Source: an uncultured Candidatus Saccharibacteria bacterium
GTDB taxonomy: Bacteria; Patescibacteriota; Minisyncoccia; Phycocordibacterales; UBA3531
DNA length: 46,610 bases
Direction: 5' to 3'
Assembly (NCBI GenBank): GCA_964361405.1
Contig: CAYIAA010000005.1
Span: 1-46,610 of the forward strand
How positions within the stretch are numbered: position 1 is the stretch's first letter; every line of letters starts with the position of its first letter. Position numbers and translations under genes: made by a program. The notes under the pieces were generated by a model. The model searched no databases and had not been told where the DNA came from. It was given only the letters and a program-made list of their open reading frames with translations. Below are positions 33,718 through 42,911 of the stretch, piece after piece.

Positions 33718-35640
33718 ATGGATGTGAAACCATTCAAGAAAAAGCGCAATCAAAACGATCGCAGGCAGTTCGTGAACCACATCGGGACAGCGCTTCTGGT
33801 GTTTGTCCTTATCGCCCTTGCATATAGCTCGCTCCAATCTATCGCCCCCGGCGAGGAGGTGAAGGAGGTATCGCTTTCTGAACTTGCAACCTCGATTGAG
33901 ACGGGCAAGGTAAGGGAGATTATTGTCGAGGGAAATTCGATTTCGATTGAGCTTTCCGATGGAATGAAGCAAACGTCGCGAAAAGGCTCCGAAGTGGACA
34001 TTACGGAGTCGCTCGTCAATCTGGGAGTTTCTTCGGAGAAACTCCGTGCGATTTCAATCAGGGCGCAGAGTCCGTCGGGCTTTGTGACGTGGATTATTCC
34101 GATCCTCTCCATCTTTGCTCCAATTATTTTTATCCTTTTTCTCTTTTGGATACTCTCAAAGCAGGTCAAGGGCTCGGCGATGCAGGCTTTTACCTTTGGT
34201 CAGTCAAAGGCACGTATTATTAATCCCTCGGATTCTCATCAGCGGGTGACGTTTCGGGATGTTGCAGGATCAAAAGAAGCCAAGGAGGAGTTGCAGGAAA
34301 TCGTTGATTTCCTGAAAAATCCGAAGAAATTTATTGAGATTGGCGCGCGAATCCCGAAGGGCGTGCTCCTCATGGGCGCGCCCGGAACGGGGAAAACGCT
34401 TCTTGCACGCGCGGTTGCGGGCGAGGCGAACGTGCCATTCTTCTATCTTTCCGGTTCGGAGTTCGTGGAGATGTTTGTGGGCGTCGGGGCTTCGCGCGTG
34501 CGTGATCTTTTCAAAATGGCAAAGAAAGCCGCTCCGGCAATCATATTCATTGACGAGATAGATGCCGTTGGGCGTCATCGCGGATCCGGAATGGGAGGCG
34601 GGCATGACGAACGTGAGCAGACCTTAAACCAAATCTTAGTTGAAATGGACGGTTTTGAGCCCAATCAAAAGGTAATCGTGATGGCGGCGACGAATCGTCC
34701 CGACGTGCTTGATACAGCACTTCTTCGTCCTGGCCGTTTCGACAGGAGAGTGGTAATTGACCTCCCAGATATTAGAGAACGGGAGGAAATTCTAAAAATT
34801 CACTCGGAGAAAAAAGTTCTCGGGGAAGATGTTAATTTACATGTAATAGCAGAGCGGACGCCGGGATTCTCTGGCGCGGACCTTGCGAACTTAATAAACG
34901 AAGGAGCAATACTTGCAGCTCGGGAAAACCGTAAGCAGGTGGCGCAATTTGATTTTATCAGAAGTGTAGAGAAGGTCATGATGGGTCCCGAACGAAAGTC
35001 AAGAATTATAACTCAGGAAGAGAAAAAAATAACTGCATTCCATGAAGCGGGGCATGCGCTCATAGCGTCAATACTCCCGCACTCTGATCCAGTACATAAA
35101 GTGACGATTATTTCACGCGGAATGGCGGGCGGATATACTCTTAAACTCCCGCTCGAGGAAAGGCGGCTTCATTCACGCAAACAATTTTTAGATGATATTG
35201 CAGTTGCCTTGGGGGGCTATGCAGCGGAAGATATAGTATTTAACGATATTACAACGGGTGGTTCAAATGATATTGCTGTAGCTACAGCGCTTGCGCGCGA
35301 CATGGTAACGAAATATGGAATGTCTGATGCTATAGGTCCGATAGCATTTGAAGAAGGCGGAACGCCTATTTATACAGGAGGCAGAATTGTTTCAGGCGAA
35401 AATGCATACTCGGAAGAAGTGTCTTCGCGAATAGACCGAGAGGTTTCCGACATTATGACCACGGCGCTTAAGCGCGCTCGCGAGGTAATAGAAAAGCATC
35501 GAAAAGTGCTTGATCATATTGCTGGAGAACTCGAGCGTGTTGAGACGATTGAACGTGAAGCGTTCGAAAAACTCCTTGTCGTAAACGGTATCAAGCCAAA
35601 GCGAAAAAACGAAGGCGAGGGGATTGTCGTTCAAGACTAA
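33718..35640 (+). CDS. ftsH: ATP-dependent zinc metalloprotease FtsH
   Basis: [28 protein letters not shown] and HEAGHAL. The start is placed at the Met at 33718 (MDVKPFKKK). Confidence 0.96.
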   Translation: MDVKPFKKKRNQNDRRQFVNHIGTALLVFVLIALAYSSLQSIAPGEEVKEVSLSELATSIETGKVREIIVEGNSISIELSDGMKQTSRKGSEVDITESLVNLGVSSEKLRAISIRAQSPSGFVTWIIPILSIFAPIIFILFLFWILSKQVKGSAMQAFTFGQSKARIINPSDSHQRVTFRDVAGSKEAKEELQEIVDFLKNPKKFIEIGARIPKGVLLMGAPGTGKTLLARAVAGEANVPFFYLSGSEFVEMFVGVGASRVRDLFKMAKKAAPAIIFIDEIDAVGRHRGSGMGGGHDEREQTLNQILVEMDGFEPNQKVIVMAATNRPDVLDTALLRPGRFDRRVVIDLPDIREREEILKIHSEKKVLGEDVNLHVIAERTPGFSGADLANLINEGAILAARENRKQVAQFDFIRSVEKVMMGPERKSRIITQEEKKITAFHEAGHALIASILPHSDPVHKVTIISRGMAGGYTLKLPLEERRLHSRKQFLDDIAVALGGYAAEDIVFNDITTGGSNDIAVATALARDMVTKYGMSDAIGPIAFEEGGTPIYTGGRIVSGENAYSEEVSSRIDREVSDIMTTALKRAREVIEKHRKVLDHIAGELERVETIEREAFEKLLVVNGIKPKRKNEGEGIVVQD

Positions 35641-35657
35641 ACTTCCTAAAAGTTTAA

Positions 35658-35690
35658 CCCCCACTTGGAAGCTTCGCTTCCAAGTGGGGG
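35658..35690 (+). terminator. Long hairpin after ftsH containing the 23-nt palindrome ACTTGGAAGCTTCGCTTCCAAGT
   Basis: CCCCCACTTGGAAGC-TTC-GCTTCCAAGTGGGGG. The downstream T tract is weak (TTGTGAG). The core is repeated at 38205-38227. Confidence 0.5.
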
Positions 35691-35819
35691 TTGTGAGACG
35701 CTCTCGCGTCCATCCGCGCGAGGGCGAGATGTGATCACCTCCTTTTCTAAACTGTCTTTATTATCCCAAGCCCAATAGCTCTGTCAATCAACCAAAGTGA
35801 ACGTATGCGCTTAAACGTG

Positions 35820-35891
35820 TGCGCGTGCTAGGACTTGAACCTAGAACCGGTCGTGTATAAGACGACTGCTCTACCATTGAGCTACACGCGC
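35820..35891 (-). tRNA. tRNA-Ile with anticodon UAU
   Basis: The minus strand reads GCGCGTG-TA-GCTC-AATGGTA-GAGC-A-GTCGT-CTTATAC-ACGAC-CGGTT-CTAGG-TTCAAGT-CCTAG-CACGCGC-A. This is a clean cloverleaf with anticodon TAT at 35859-35857. CCA is not encoded. Confidence 0.85.
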
Positions 35892-35906
35892 ATATTTCAT
35901 CTCTCC

Positions 35907-35948
35907 CTCAGGTATAAGACAAGTGTTCTACCGTTTGGTTACGTATCC
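35907..35948 (-). pseudogene. Degenerate 5'-half copy of the tRNA-Ile(UAU) gene
   Basis: The minus strand reads GGATACGTAACCAAACGGTAGAACACTTGTCTTATACCTGAG. It keeps the D-loop GGTAGA and the identical anticodon loop CTTATAC, but the stems do not pair and there is no T arm. Confidence 0.4.
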
Positions 35949-35992
35949 GTGTAAAGAATCATATACCCGCCTTGTATGTCGGGCAAACGTAG

Positions 35993-38164
35993 TTATTCAA
36001 AGTGAATATCGGTGTGTTCCGATGCAATACGTTTCTCTATGAGAGGGTGCTTGGCAAGTTCTGGGTCGCTCTCGAGAAGCATCTCGGCTTCCCGCCGACC
36101 CGCTTCGACCATTTTTAAGTTTTTGAGCGCTTCCATTCCTACATCGGAGACTCCCCACTGCATAGCGCCGGAGAGTGATCCCTCGCCGCGGAGCTTGAGG
36201 TCATACTCGGCAAGTTCGAAGCCGTTCTTCGCACTCTCGAGTGCTTTGAGTCGTTCAAGGGATTTACCTCCCCTTGTATCGGTAAAAATGAAACAATATG
36301 ACTGCTTGTCGCTCCGAATGACTCTCCCGCGGAGTTGGTGAAGCTGGGCCAAGCCAAAGCGTTCGGCGCCTTCGATAAGAACAATGGTTGCGTTCGGAAT
36401 ATTGACTCCCACTTCGACGACGGACGTTGCGACGAGAATCTGGATGGTGCCAGACTCGAAATCTTTCATCACGCGCTCCTTTTCTCCCGCGGAGAGTTTT
36501 CCGTGGAGGAGTCCTACGGAAAACTCGGGAAATATGTCGCGTTTGAGACGTACTGCTTCCTCTTTCGCGCTCGTCACTTCTAGTGCGAGTTCCTTTTTTG
36601 GGTCAGGAGCATCGATTCGAGGGCAAATGACGAACGCTTGTCTCCCGTTTTGTATTTCTTCTCGCATTTTCCGGTACGCATCGCCGCGACGCTCCGGCGG
36701 GACGATTTTCGTTATCGGACGCTTGCGTCCCGGAGGCATTTCATCAATCACGGAGAGATCAAGGTCTCCATAGACGGTGAGTGCGAGTGTCCGTGGGATT
36801 GGTGTTGCCGTCATCGAGAGGAGGTGGGGAACCAGGGCGTCTTGTGCCCGGTGTTTCCTGGCGAGTTTCGCCCTTTGTTGGACACCGAAGCGATGCTGTT
36901 CGTCGATGATGACCAAGGCGAGATTTTTGAATTGCACGCGCTCGCCGAGTAGGGCATGTGTACCGACTACAATTGGCACTTCTCCGTTCGCGACCCACTT
37001 CAGGAGTTGGGCGCGCGAGACTTTTGTATGTCCTGAAGGATCGATTTTGGAGGGGAATTTCCTTGCCTCGCTTCCGGTGATAAGGCCGATATTCACTCCC
37101 GTATGCGCGAAATTTTTAATAAACGACTCGAAGTGCTGGCGGGCGAGAATTTCCGTAGGAACCATGTATGCAACTTCGAGGTTTCCGAAGTTTTGCGTGC
37201 CCGGCCGCGTAGTGATGACGGAGTACGCCGCCGCCGCGGCGACGGCTGTTTTTCCCGACCCCACATCGCCTTCGAGAAGACGTGACATTGGCCGATTGCG
37301 GCCGAGATCTTCCACAATACTCTTGAGCGCTGCCGCTTGGGCCTTGGTCATCGAGAAGGGCAGTCCTTTGAGAAAGCCTTCCATATCGTTATGTCGAGTT
37401 TCGATTTTCCACGACGGATTGGATTGGTATTCGAACTTTGTCTTTTGTCGGGCGACTTGGATTAGGAAAACTTCCTCGAATGAAAATCGTTTGCGGGCCG
37501 CGGCCGCGTCGGTTGGTTTTTTAGGGAGATGAATCCAGATAAGAGCGGTTCGGAGGGAGGGGAGACTGTAGCGACTCCGGATATCTTCGGGAATCGGATC
37601 TTCAAGTGAATCAAGCGTACCTTCCTCAAGCACACGTCTGACTGCATGGTGGAGCCAGCGCGAGGATACACCGCGTGATTCCGAGTACACACCAATGAGA
37701 GATGACTCTCCTTGTTCATTCGCCGTGTCGAAAAGATTTTTTCTCGGCGCATCTTCTTTGCGTACCCGCTCAAGGGTCGGGTTTGCGAGATAGAGACCTC
37801 GCTTACCCTTGGTTACTTTCCCGTATGCGCGGACAAATGAACCGCTGGTGAAGGTTTTTGCGATATACGCCTGATGAAACCATACGAGCCGGACTGATCC
37901 GGTTTCATCAACCAGGGTGCCCTCCGCTAAGGGGATTTTTCTCCGATACGCTTTTGTAATCCCAAGTTTTCCCAGAATTCCGTAGAGCTCAACCGTTTCT
38001 CCCGCTCCGAGCTCGGAAACGGTTACTATTTTCCCCGGTTTTTCATAGCGAGTCGGGAAGTGGTAGAGGAGGTCCCGCACGCTTATAAGCCCAAGCTTAG
38101 TGAGCGCTCGTTCATGTGTAGCGTTCAAGCGAAAGTGACTGCCAAGTGCATCACGAGAGTGCAT
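35993..38164 (-). CDS. recG: ATP-dependent DNA helicase RecG
   Basis: An N-terminal wedge/OB region, GDVGSGKT, DEQHRFGV and QLHQLRGRV. Confidence 0.95.
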   Translation of the reverse strand: MHSRDALGSHFRLNATHERALTKLGLISVRDLLYHFPTRYEKPGKIVTVSELGAGETVELYGILGKLGITKAYRRKIPLAEGTLVDETGSVRLVWFHQAYIAKTFTSGSFVRAYGKVTKGKRGLYLANPTLERVRKEDAPRKNLFDTANEQGESSLIGVYSESRGVSSRWLHHAVRRVLEEGTLDSLEDPIPEDIRSRYSLPSLRTALIWIHLPKKPTDAAAARKRFSFEEVFLIQVARQKTKFEYQSNPSWKIETRHNDMEGFLKGLPFSMTKAQAAALKSIVEDLGRNRPMSRLLEGDVGSGKTAVAAAAAYSVITTRPGTQNFGNLEVAYMVPTEILARQHFESFIKNFAHTGVNIGLITGSEARKFPSKIDPSGHTKVSRAQLLKWVANGEVPIVVGTHALLGERVQFKNLALVIIDEQHRFGVQQRAKLARKHRAQDALVPHLLSMTATPIPRTLALTVYGDLDLSVIDEMPPGRKRPITKIVPPERRGDAYRKMREEIQNGRQAFVICPRIDAPDPKKELALEVTSAKEEAVRLKRDIFPEFSVGLLHGKLSAGEKERVMKDFESGTIQILVATSVVEVGVNIPNATIVLIEGAERFGLAQLHQLRGRVIRSDKQSYCFIFTDTRGGKSLERLKALESAKNGFELAEYDLKLRGEGSLSGAMQWGVSDVGMEALKNLKMVEAGRREAEMLLESDPELAKHPLIEKRIASEHTDIHFE

Positions 38165-38204
38165 CTATGTATGATAACGCAACGGAGGGTGTTTGGAAGT
38201 CTAG

Positions 38205-38227
38205 ACTTGGAAGCTTCGCTTCCAAGT
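38205..38227. repeat. Second copy of the 23-nt palindrome ACTTGGAAGCTTCGCTTCCAAGT
   Basis: Identical to 35663-35685; it lies in the recG upstream intergenic region. Confidence 0.9.
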
Positions 38228-38334
38228 ACGAAAATTAAGGTGAAATACTTGCTGGAAATACTTCCTTCGGGCTATATAGAACATTATGGTCACCCACTAA
38301 AAAGAAGAGTTATAAGCACACGAGGCTTGCCTAC

Positions 38335-38354
38335 CTTGCCTACCGGCAGGCAGG
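38335..38354. repeat. GGCAGGCAGG-family hairpin overlapping the stop of the hydrolase-SOD gene, preceded by the tandem repeat TTGCCTACC x2
   Basis: Read directly: GCTTGCCTACCTTGCCTACCGGCAGGCAGG. Confidence 0.75.
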
Positions 38355-39725
38355 CCGGACACGCAGACGCGACTCTATGACGTCCCAGCGGAGATTTTCA
38401 AAAAATGCGGAAACATAGTCCTTTTTTTGCGCGGGAAGGTAGTCAAAGAGATAGGCGTGTTCCCAGAGGTCGAGAGCGAGGATAACATCGGCGCCCGCAA
38501 GGTGTCCGATTTCGTGGTCGCTCACCCAGATATTGAAAAGCGCTCCCGCGCGGGCGTCTCGAGCAAGTACTACCCAGCCGATACCTCGCATTGCGGCAAG
38601 CGCGCGGAACTCGGTAAGCCATCCATCGAAGCTCCCAAATCGCTCGCCGAGCATTTCAGCAAGTCTTCCACCAGTTTTCAGACCCTCTCCGCCAAGGGCT
38701 TCAAAATAGTATTCATGCATCCGCATACCGTTCCATTCAAAAGCGAAGCGGCGGGTCAGTTCGGAGAGATCGAGCGCATGTTGTTCAGAATCTTTTTTGT
38801 ATTCCTCAATTTTTTCGCGAAGCACGTTCACATTTTTAACATAGCCCGCGTAGAGTTTCAAATGCTCGACGATGAGCTTTTCGGAAAGCCCCGAAAGCGA
38901 GGGGAGTTTGAAATCCTGTACTTGGTATTGCATAGATGTGCTTATCGATGGTGTGAGTATAGCGGGTTTATTTTGAAAAAGCATGAGCCCATCCCCTTCC
39001 ACATCGTGGAAGGGGATGGGCTCTGTATCGCCGCCGTCATCCTCTTTGATGAGGGTAGCGATGAGTCGCCAGACATCCCGGTCGGAGAAAAGGTCGACGT
39101 GACCGAGTCTCTTTTTAGGAAAGACCTGCGCGAGTCTCACATGGCGAACATTTCCCTTCCGAAGAGAGCAACGCTCTGGAGGTGCAATACCGTCGCTTCG
39201 CCTTGGCACCACGGCTGTGATGCGGTGAGGAAGCAGTTCGATCCGTTCCCGCATCTGGAAGAAAAGTTCCCGTGAAATACCTGTCGTTTTCTCGACTGCG
39301 TAGGCGAGAGATCTCTGCGGTGTGCCGAAAAGCGGGGTTCCCACGATGATGGGGTTCACCATCCTTTCCTGCAGTTCCGTTGCGAGCATGAGGAGAACGA
39401 TTGCGCCCCCGAGTGAGAATCCAATGGGTTGAATCAATTCCCCCGAATGAAACGACCTCTCAATCTGCGCTCGGATCATGGCAATCGTTGTTCGGTAGGG
39501 TCGCATGTGCCAGCCGATGTCCGCGTGATAGGCACGAATACCTTCTCCCTCAAAATACTGTCGCAGACGGTAGAGTCCGTTTGCGTGCCCGCAGAAGCCG
39601 GGGATGAGGAGAACCGGGTGTCTATGGAGATGTTTGCTCTCAAACACCTGTCGAGGGATCATCTGCTCTGCGACAAGTCCGAGAAACGGCCGAACTTCCG
39701 AGAGAAGTCCTGGACGAGTAGCCAT
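38340..39725 (-). CDS. Fusion protein: N-terminal alpha/beta-hydrolase (lipase/esterase-like) plus C-terminal Fe/Mn superoxide dismutase-like domain
   Basis: N-terminal half: PVLLIPGF, a GFSLGG nucleophile elbow, and later SDG and GHVD. C-terminal half aligns with Fe/Mn SOD: LPSL...VEH, NGMRMHEYYF, DLWEHAYLFDY and NLRWDVIESR. All four canonical metal-ligand positions (H, H, D, H) are present. Confidence 0.85.
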   Translation of the reverse strand: MATRPGLLSEVRPFLGLVAEQMIPRQVFESKHLHRHPVLLIPGFCGHANGLYRLRQYFEGEGIRAYHADIGWHMRPYRTTIAMIRAQIERSFHSGELIQPIGFSLGGAIVLLMLATELQERMVNPIIVGTPLFGTPQRSLAYAVEKTTGISRELFFQMRERIELLPHRITAVVPRRSDGIAPPERCSLRKGNVRHVRLAQVFPKKRLGHVDLFSDRDVWRLIATLIKEDDGGDTEPIPFHDVEGDGLMLFQNKPAILTPSISTSMQYQVQDFKLPSLSGLSEKLIVEHLKLYAGYVKNVNVLREKIEEYKKDSEQHALDLSELTRRFAFEWNGMRMHEYYFEALGGEGLKTGGRLAEMLGERFGSFDGWLTEFRALAAMRGIGWVVLARDARAGALFNIWVSDHEIGHLAGADVILALDLWEHAYLFDYLPAQKKDYVSAFFENLRWDVIESRLRVRPACR

Positions 39726-39829
39726 TTTTTGGTCTCCCTTTATTGTCTGGTAGAGCGAACTTCTACTCTCTACGCTAGTTTAACCAAGAGGTGCCGTCAA
39801 TCTCACTTATGCACCTCTCGCGACTTATG

Positions 39830-40036
39830 CTAAGACGCTTTGTATCCAAGCTCGGCGATATTTTTCTTGATAGCGTCGAGCGAGGTTTTTCCCGGATCGA
39901 ATTCGAACGTGCCTTTTTTGCCGTTGTAGTCTACGAAAACGCTTGAAACCCCGTCCATCTGCGACGTGAGCATCTGTATCCCCGTCGCGCATGCTCCACA
40001 ATGCATTCCCTCGATGTGCAGTTCTACTTTCTCCAT
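39830..40036 (-). CDS. copZ: Copper chaperone CopZ-like heavy-metal-associated domain protein
   Basis: 68 aa with GMHCGACA (MxCxxC). Confidence 0.9.
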   Translation of the reverse strand: MEKVELHIEGMHCGACATGIQMLTSQMDGVSSVFVDYNGKKGTFEFDPGKTSLDAIKKNIAELGYKAS

Positions 40037-40054
40037 AGTGTTACTGTTATTTTA

Positions 40055-40402
40055 TTACGCTTTAGTGTACACGGATTCAATTTTTTTTGCCAAAATAAAA
40101 TCATTCTCCGATAACCCTCCAATCGCGTGCGTCCATAGTTCGACGACCACCTTTCCCCACGAGAGCGCAAGGTTTGGGTGGTGTCCTTCGCTCTCCGCGA
40201 TCTCCCCGATCTGGTTTACGAAGGAGAGTCCGGTAGCAAAATCCAGGAATATGAATTGCCGCAGAAGTTTTTTTCCGTCCCCGCTATCCTCGGTAACCTT
40301 CCACGCGGGGTCAATCTCTCGCGCGAGTTCTAGAATCGCGTCTGTGCCAAGTGGTGGCATCCCCGCCTCGCACGGCACGCACTTTTTTTCTTCAAGACTC
40401 AA
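40055..40402 (-). CDS. Pterin-4-alpha-carbinolamine dehydratase (PCD/DCoH) family protein
   Basis: CVPCEAGMPPL, FxxAxxFxNxIGEIAExEGHHP and WTHAIGGLSENDFILA. Confidence 0.85.
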   Translation of the reverse strand: MSLEEKKCVPCEAGMPPLGTDAILELAREIDPAWKVTEDSGDGKKLLRQFIFLDFATGLSFVNQIGEIAESEGHHPNLALSWGKVVVELWTHAIGGLSENDFILAKKIESVYTKA

Positions 40403-40409
40403 GAAAATA

Positions 40410-42911
40410 TTACTCTTTTGCCGCAGTCCGCTCGATCGGCGGCGTGTAGCGCTTGAGGAGAAGAGAGTTTAATACGACGGAGACGGAGCTGAATGCCATT
40501 GCGAACCCGGCAATCTCGGGACGGAGTGTTGCTTGTGAGAAATTATAGAAGATTCTTCCCGCGCCTCCGAGTGCGCCCCGCAGGGAAACGACCCACTCTG
40601 CCGGGACTCCGAGGGAGCTTTGTGTGACGAGAAGGTGGATGCCGCCAGCGATGGGGATCGCGACGACATTATAGACGAATGCCCAAAAGAGATTCTGCCA
40701 GACTTTTTTGATGGTTTTTCCGGAGAGCTGGATCGCGGTCACGACGTCACGGAGGTCGTCTTTCACGAGAATGACTTCTCCGGTTTCAATGGCGACATCG
40801 GTGCCGGAACCGATGGCAATACCAAGATCCGCCTGCGCCAAGGCCGGGGCGTCGTTGATGCCATCACCAACCATGGCGACTTTTTTCCCTTCTGACTGCA
40901 GTTTCTTGATCGCTGTTGCCTTGTCTTCCGGAAGCACTTGAGCCATGACGCGATCGATGCCGACTTCGTAGGCGATGGCATCGGCGGTTTTCTGGTTGTC
41001 GCCAGTGATCATGATGATTTCTTTACCCATTTTTTTAAGCGCCATGATTGCATCTTTTGCAAATGGTTTGATATCGTCGCGCATTGCAATGAGGGCGGTC
41101 AGCCGTTTCTTTACAGCCAGGAAGACCACGGTCTTTGCTTCACCCTGCAGGCGCTCCAGTGTACTCTGGTGTGCATTTGTATCAATGTTGAGACTTTTCA
41201 TGAACGCTTCGTTCCCGATGTGAACCTCTTCTCCTTCAACTACGGCGCGTACCCCGAAACCTGGTACTGCTTGAAACTCTTTTGGGGTGTGCACTTCGCC
41301 CTGGGCTTTCTGCTTTCTCACAATGGCATGTGCAAGTGGGTGCTCCGACCCATGCTCGGCAACAGCCGCGAGATAGGTAGCGTGCCCTTCATGCATCGCA
41401 TCGGAAACCATAAGGAAATCAGTGACAGTCGGTTCTCCCAAAGTGATAGTTCCGGTTTTGTCGAAGACAATTGATCCCACGCGGTACGCTTTCTCGAGCG
41501 CATCACCGCCCTTTAGGATAATGCCGAACTTTGTGGCGCGACCTATCCCGACGATGAGTGCGGTTGGTGTCGCAAGCCCCATAGCGCACGGGCATGAAAT
41601 CACCAGGACTGCGATCATGCGCATGAGCCCGGTGCGGAAGGGAAGTGCGCCGATGAATACCCACCCGGCGAATACGAAAATAGCGAGCACAATAACAGCA
41701 GGCACAAAATACTCACTGATTTTATCTACCAGATTTTGTATCGGAGCCTGTGAGGCTTGGGCTTCTTCCACCATCCGTACGATTTGGTTGAGCAAAGTGT
41801 CTTTCCCGACTTTTCCGGCGCGGAATTTGATGAGACCTTCTTGGTTGATCGTGGCACCGATCACCTCGTCGCCAATTTTCTTTTTCACGGGATACGATTC
41901 ACCGGTTACCACTTTCTCGTCCACATGTCCTTCTCCCTCGATGATTGTCCCGTCAACGGGGAATTTCTCGCCGGGGCGGACCACGATAATGTCGCCAACC
42001 CTAAGCGCGTCGATGGGTACCGTTTCTTCTCTCCCGTCGCGGAGGACGTGCGCTTCTTTCGCTTCGAGTTTCAGGAGTTCTTTGATCGCGGCGGATGCAC
42101 GTCCTTTCGCGACTGCCTCAAAGTAACGGCCGAGGAGAATGAATGAAAGGAGAGCGGCTGAACTTTCCCAGAACGGATGGTCAATGTTAAAGAAGAGAAA
42201 ACCGATTGCCGAATAAAAGTAAGCAGCCGAGGTGCCGAGAGCTACCAAAACATCCATATTTGCGGCTCCGACGCGGATTGCGGTGAAGGCGTTCCGGTAG
42301 AATGTCCACCCGATGACGAACTGTATTGGGGTCGAAAGAATCCAGTAAATGTAGTTGAGGTCGATCCTGAAAGGAGGATTTGAAACGTCCATGAATAGGG
42401 AAAGAGCTACTTTCAACGGTTGGGCTACGGTCCAGAAAAAGTACCTGGTGGCGTATGCACCCTGGGAGACGAAGTCTGTTCCCGAAAAAGTCGGCGCCGC
42501 GGCATTTACGAAGTCGAAAAACTCATGCACATGCGTGACATTAAACATGTGGATGAGCATGTAGTAGAGAATGATAGGCGCGGAGAGAACGAAGGATGCG
42601 ATGACCCTCCGCCGAGCGAGCATAATTTGCCGAACCTCTTTGCCTTCTTCCTCTTCTATGGTTGTTGACGCTTCATCGGGACGCACGAGATCATAGCCCA
42701 ATTTATTGATGAGTGCGTCTATCTTTGCGAGGGAGGTTTTTGACTCATCGAAATCAACTATTGTACGCTCTGCCCCGTAGCTCGTCTTGATCGCGGTGAC
42801 GCCCGGTTCCTGCCCCACTAGCTTGTCGATTAAGGTGGAACACGATGCACAGTGCATTCCTTTTACCTTGAGTGTGTAGTGTGCCACGGTGGTTTTAGTG
42901 TATGCCGACAA
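40410..42911 (-). CDS. copA: Copper-translocating P1B-type ATPase
   Basis: N-terminal HMA domain GMHCASCS, CPC motif SCPCAMGLATP, DKTGTIT, MITGDN and GDGINDAP. Confidence 0.95.
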   Translation of the reverse strand: MSAYTKTTVAHYTLKVKGMHCASCSTLIDKLVGQEPGVTAIKTSYGAERTIVDFDESKTSLAKIDALINKLGYDLVRPDEASTTIEEEEGKEVRQIMLARRRVIASFVLSAPIILYYMLIHMFNVTHVHEFFDFVNAAAPTFSGTDFVSQGAYATRYFFWTVAQPLKVALSLFMDVSNPPFRIDLNYIYWILSTPIQFVIGWTFYRNAFTAIRVGAANMDVLVALGTSAAYFYSAIGFLFFNIDHPFWESSAALLSFILLGRYFEAVAKGRASAAIKELLKLEAKEAHVLRDGREETVPIDALRVGDIIVVRPGEKFPVDGTIIEGEGHVDEKVVTGESYPVKKKIGDEVIGATINQEGLIKFRAGKVGKDTLLNQIVRMVEEAQASQAPIQNLVDKISEYFVPAVIVLAIFVFAGWVFIGALPFRTGLMRMIAVLVISCPCAMGLATPTALIVGIGRATKFGIILKGGDALEKAYRVGSIVFDKTGTITLGEPTVTDFLMVSDAMHEGHATYLAAVAEHGSEHPLAHAIVRKQKAQGEVHTPKEFQAVPGFGVRAVVEGEEVHIGNEAFMKSLNIDTNAHQSTLERLQGEAKTVVFLAVKKRLTALIAMRDDIKPFAKDAIMALKKMGKEIIMITGDNQKTADAIAYEVGIDRVMAQVLPEDKATAIKKLQSEGKKVAMVGDGINDAPALAQADLGIAIGSGTDVAIETGEVILVKDDLRDVVTAIQLSGKTIKKVWQNLFWAFVYNVVAIPIAGGIHLLVTQSSLGVPAEWVVSLRGALGGAGRIFYNFSQATLRPEIAGFAMAFSSVSVVLNSLLLKRYTPPIERTAAKE

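Noticed and set aside
35733-35745. GATCACCTCCTTT, a 13-nt match to the 16S rRNA 3' tail. On the other strand it is a perfect extended SD, AAAGGAGGTGATC.
   Set aside because: The flanks show no similarity to 16S helix 45, and no start codon lies 5-10 nt downstream on the minus strand. I treat it as a chance or relic sequence, though a full-genome check for a nearby rRNA fragment would be cheap.
36777-42126. Long plus-strand ORFs opposite recG (36777-37532), the hydrolase-SOD gene (38427-39275) and copA (40938-41474, 41422-42126).
   Set aside because: They lie antisense to genes with strong family motifs, and they themselves have no motifs and odd composition.
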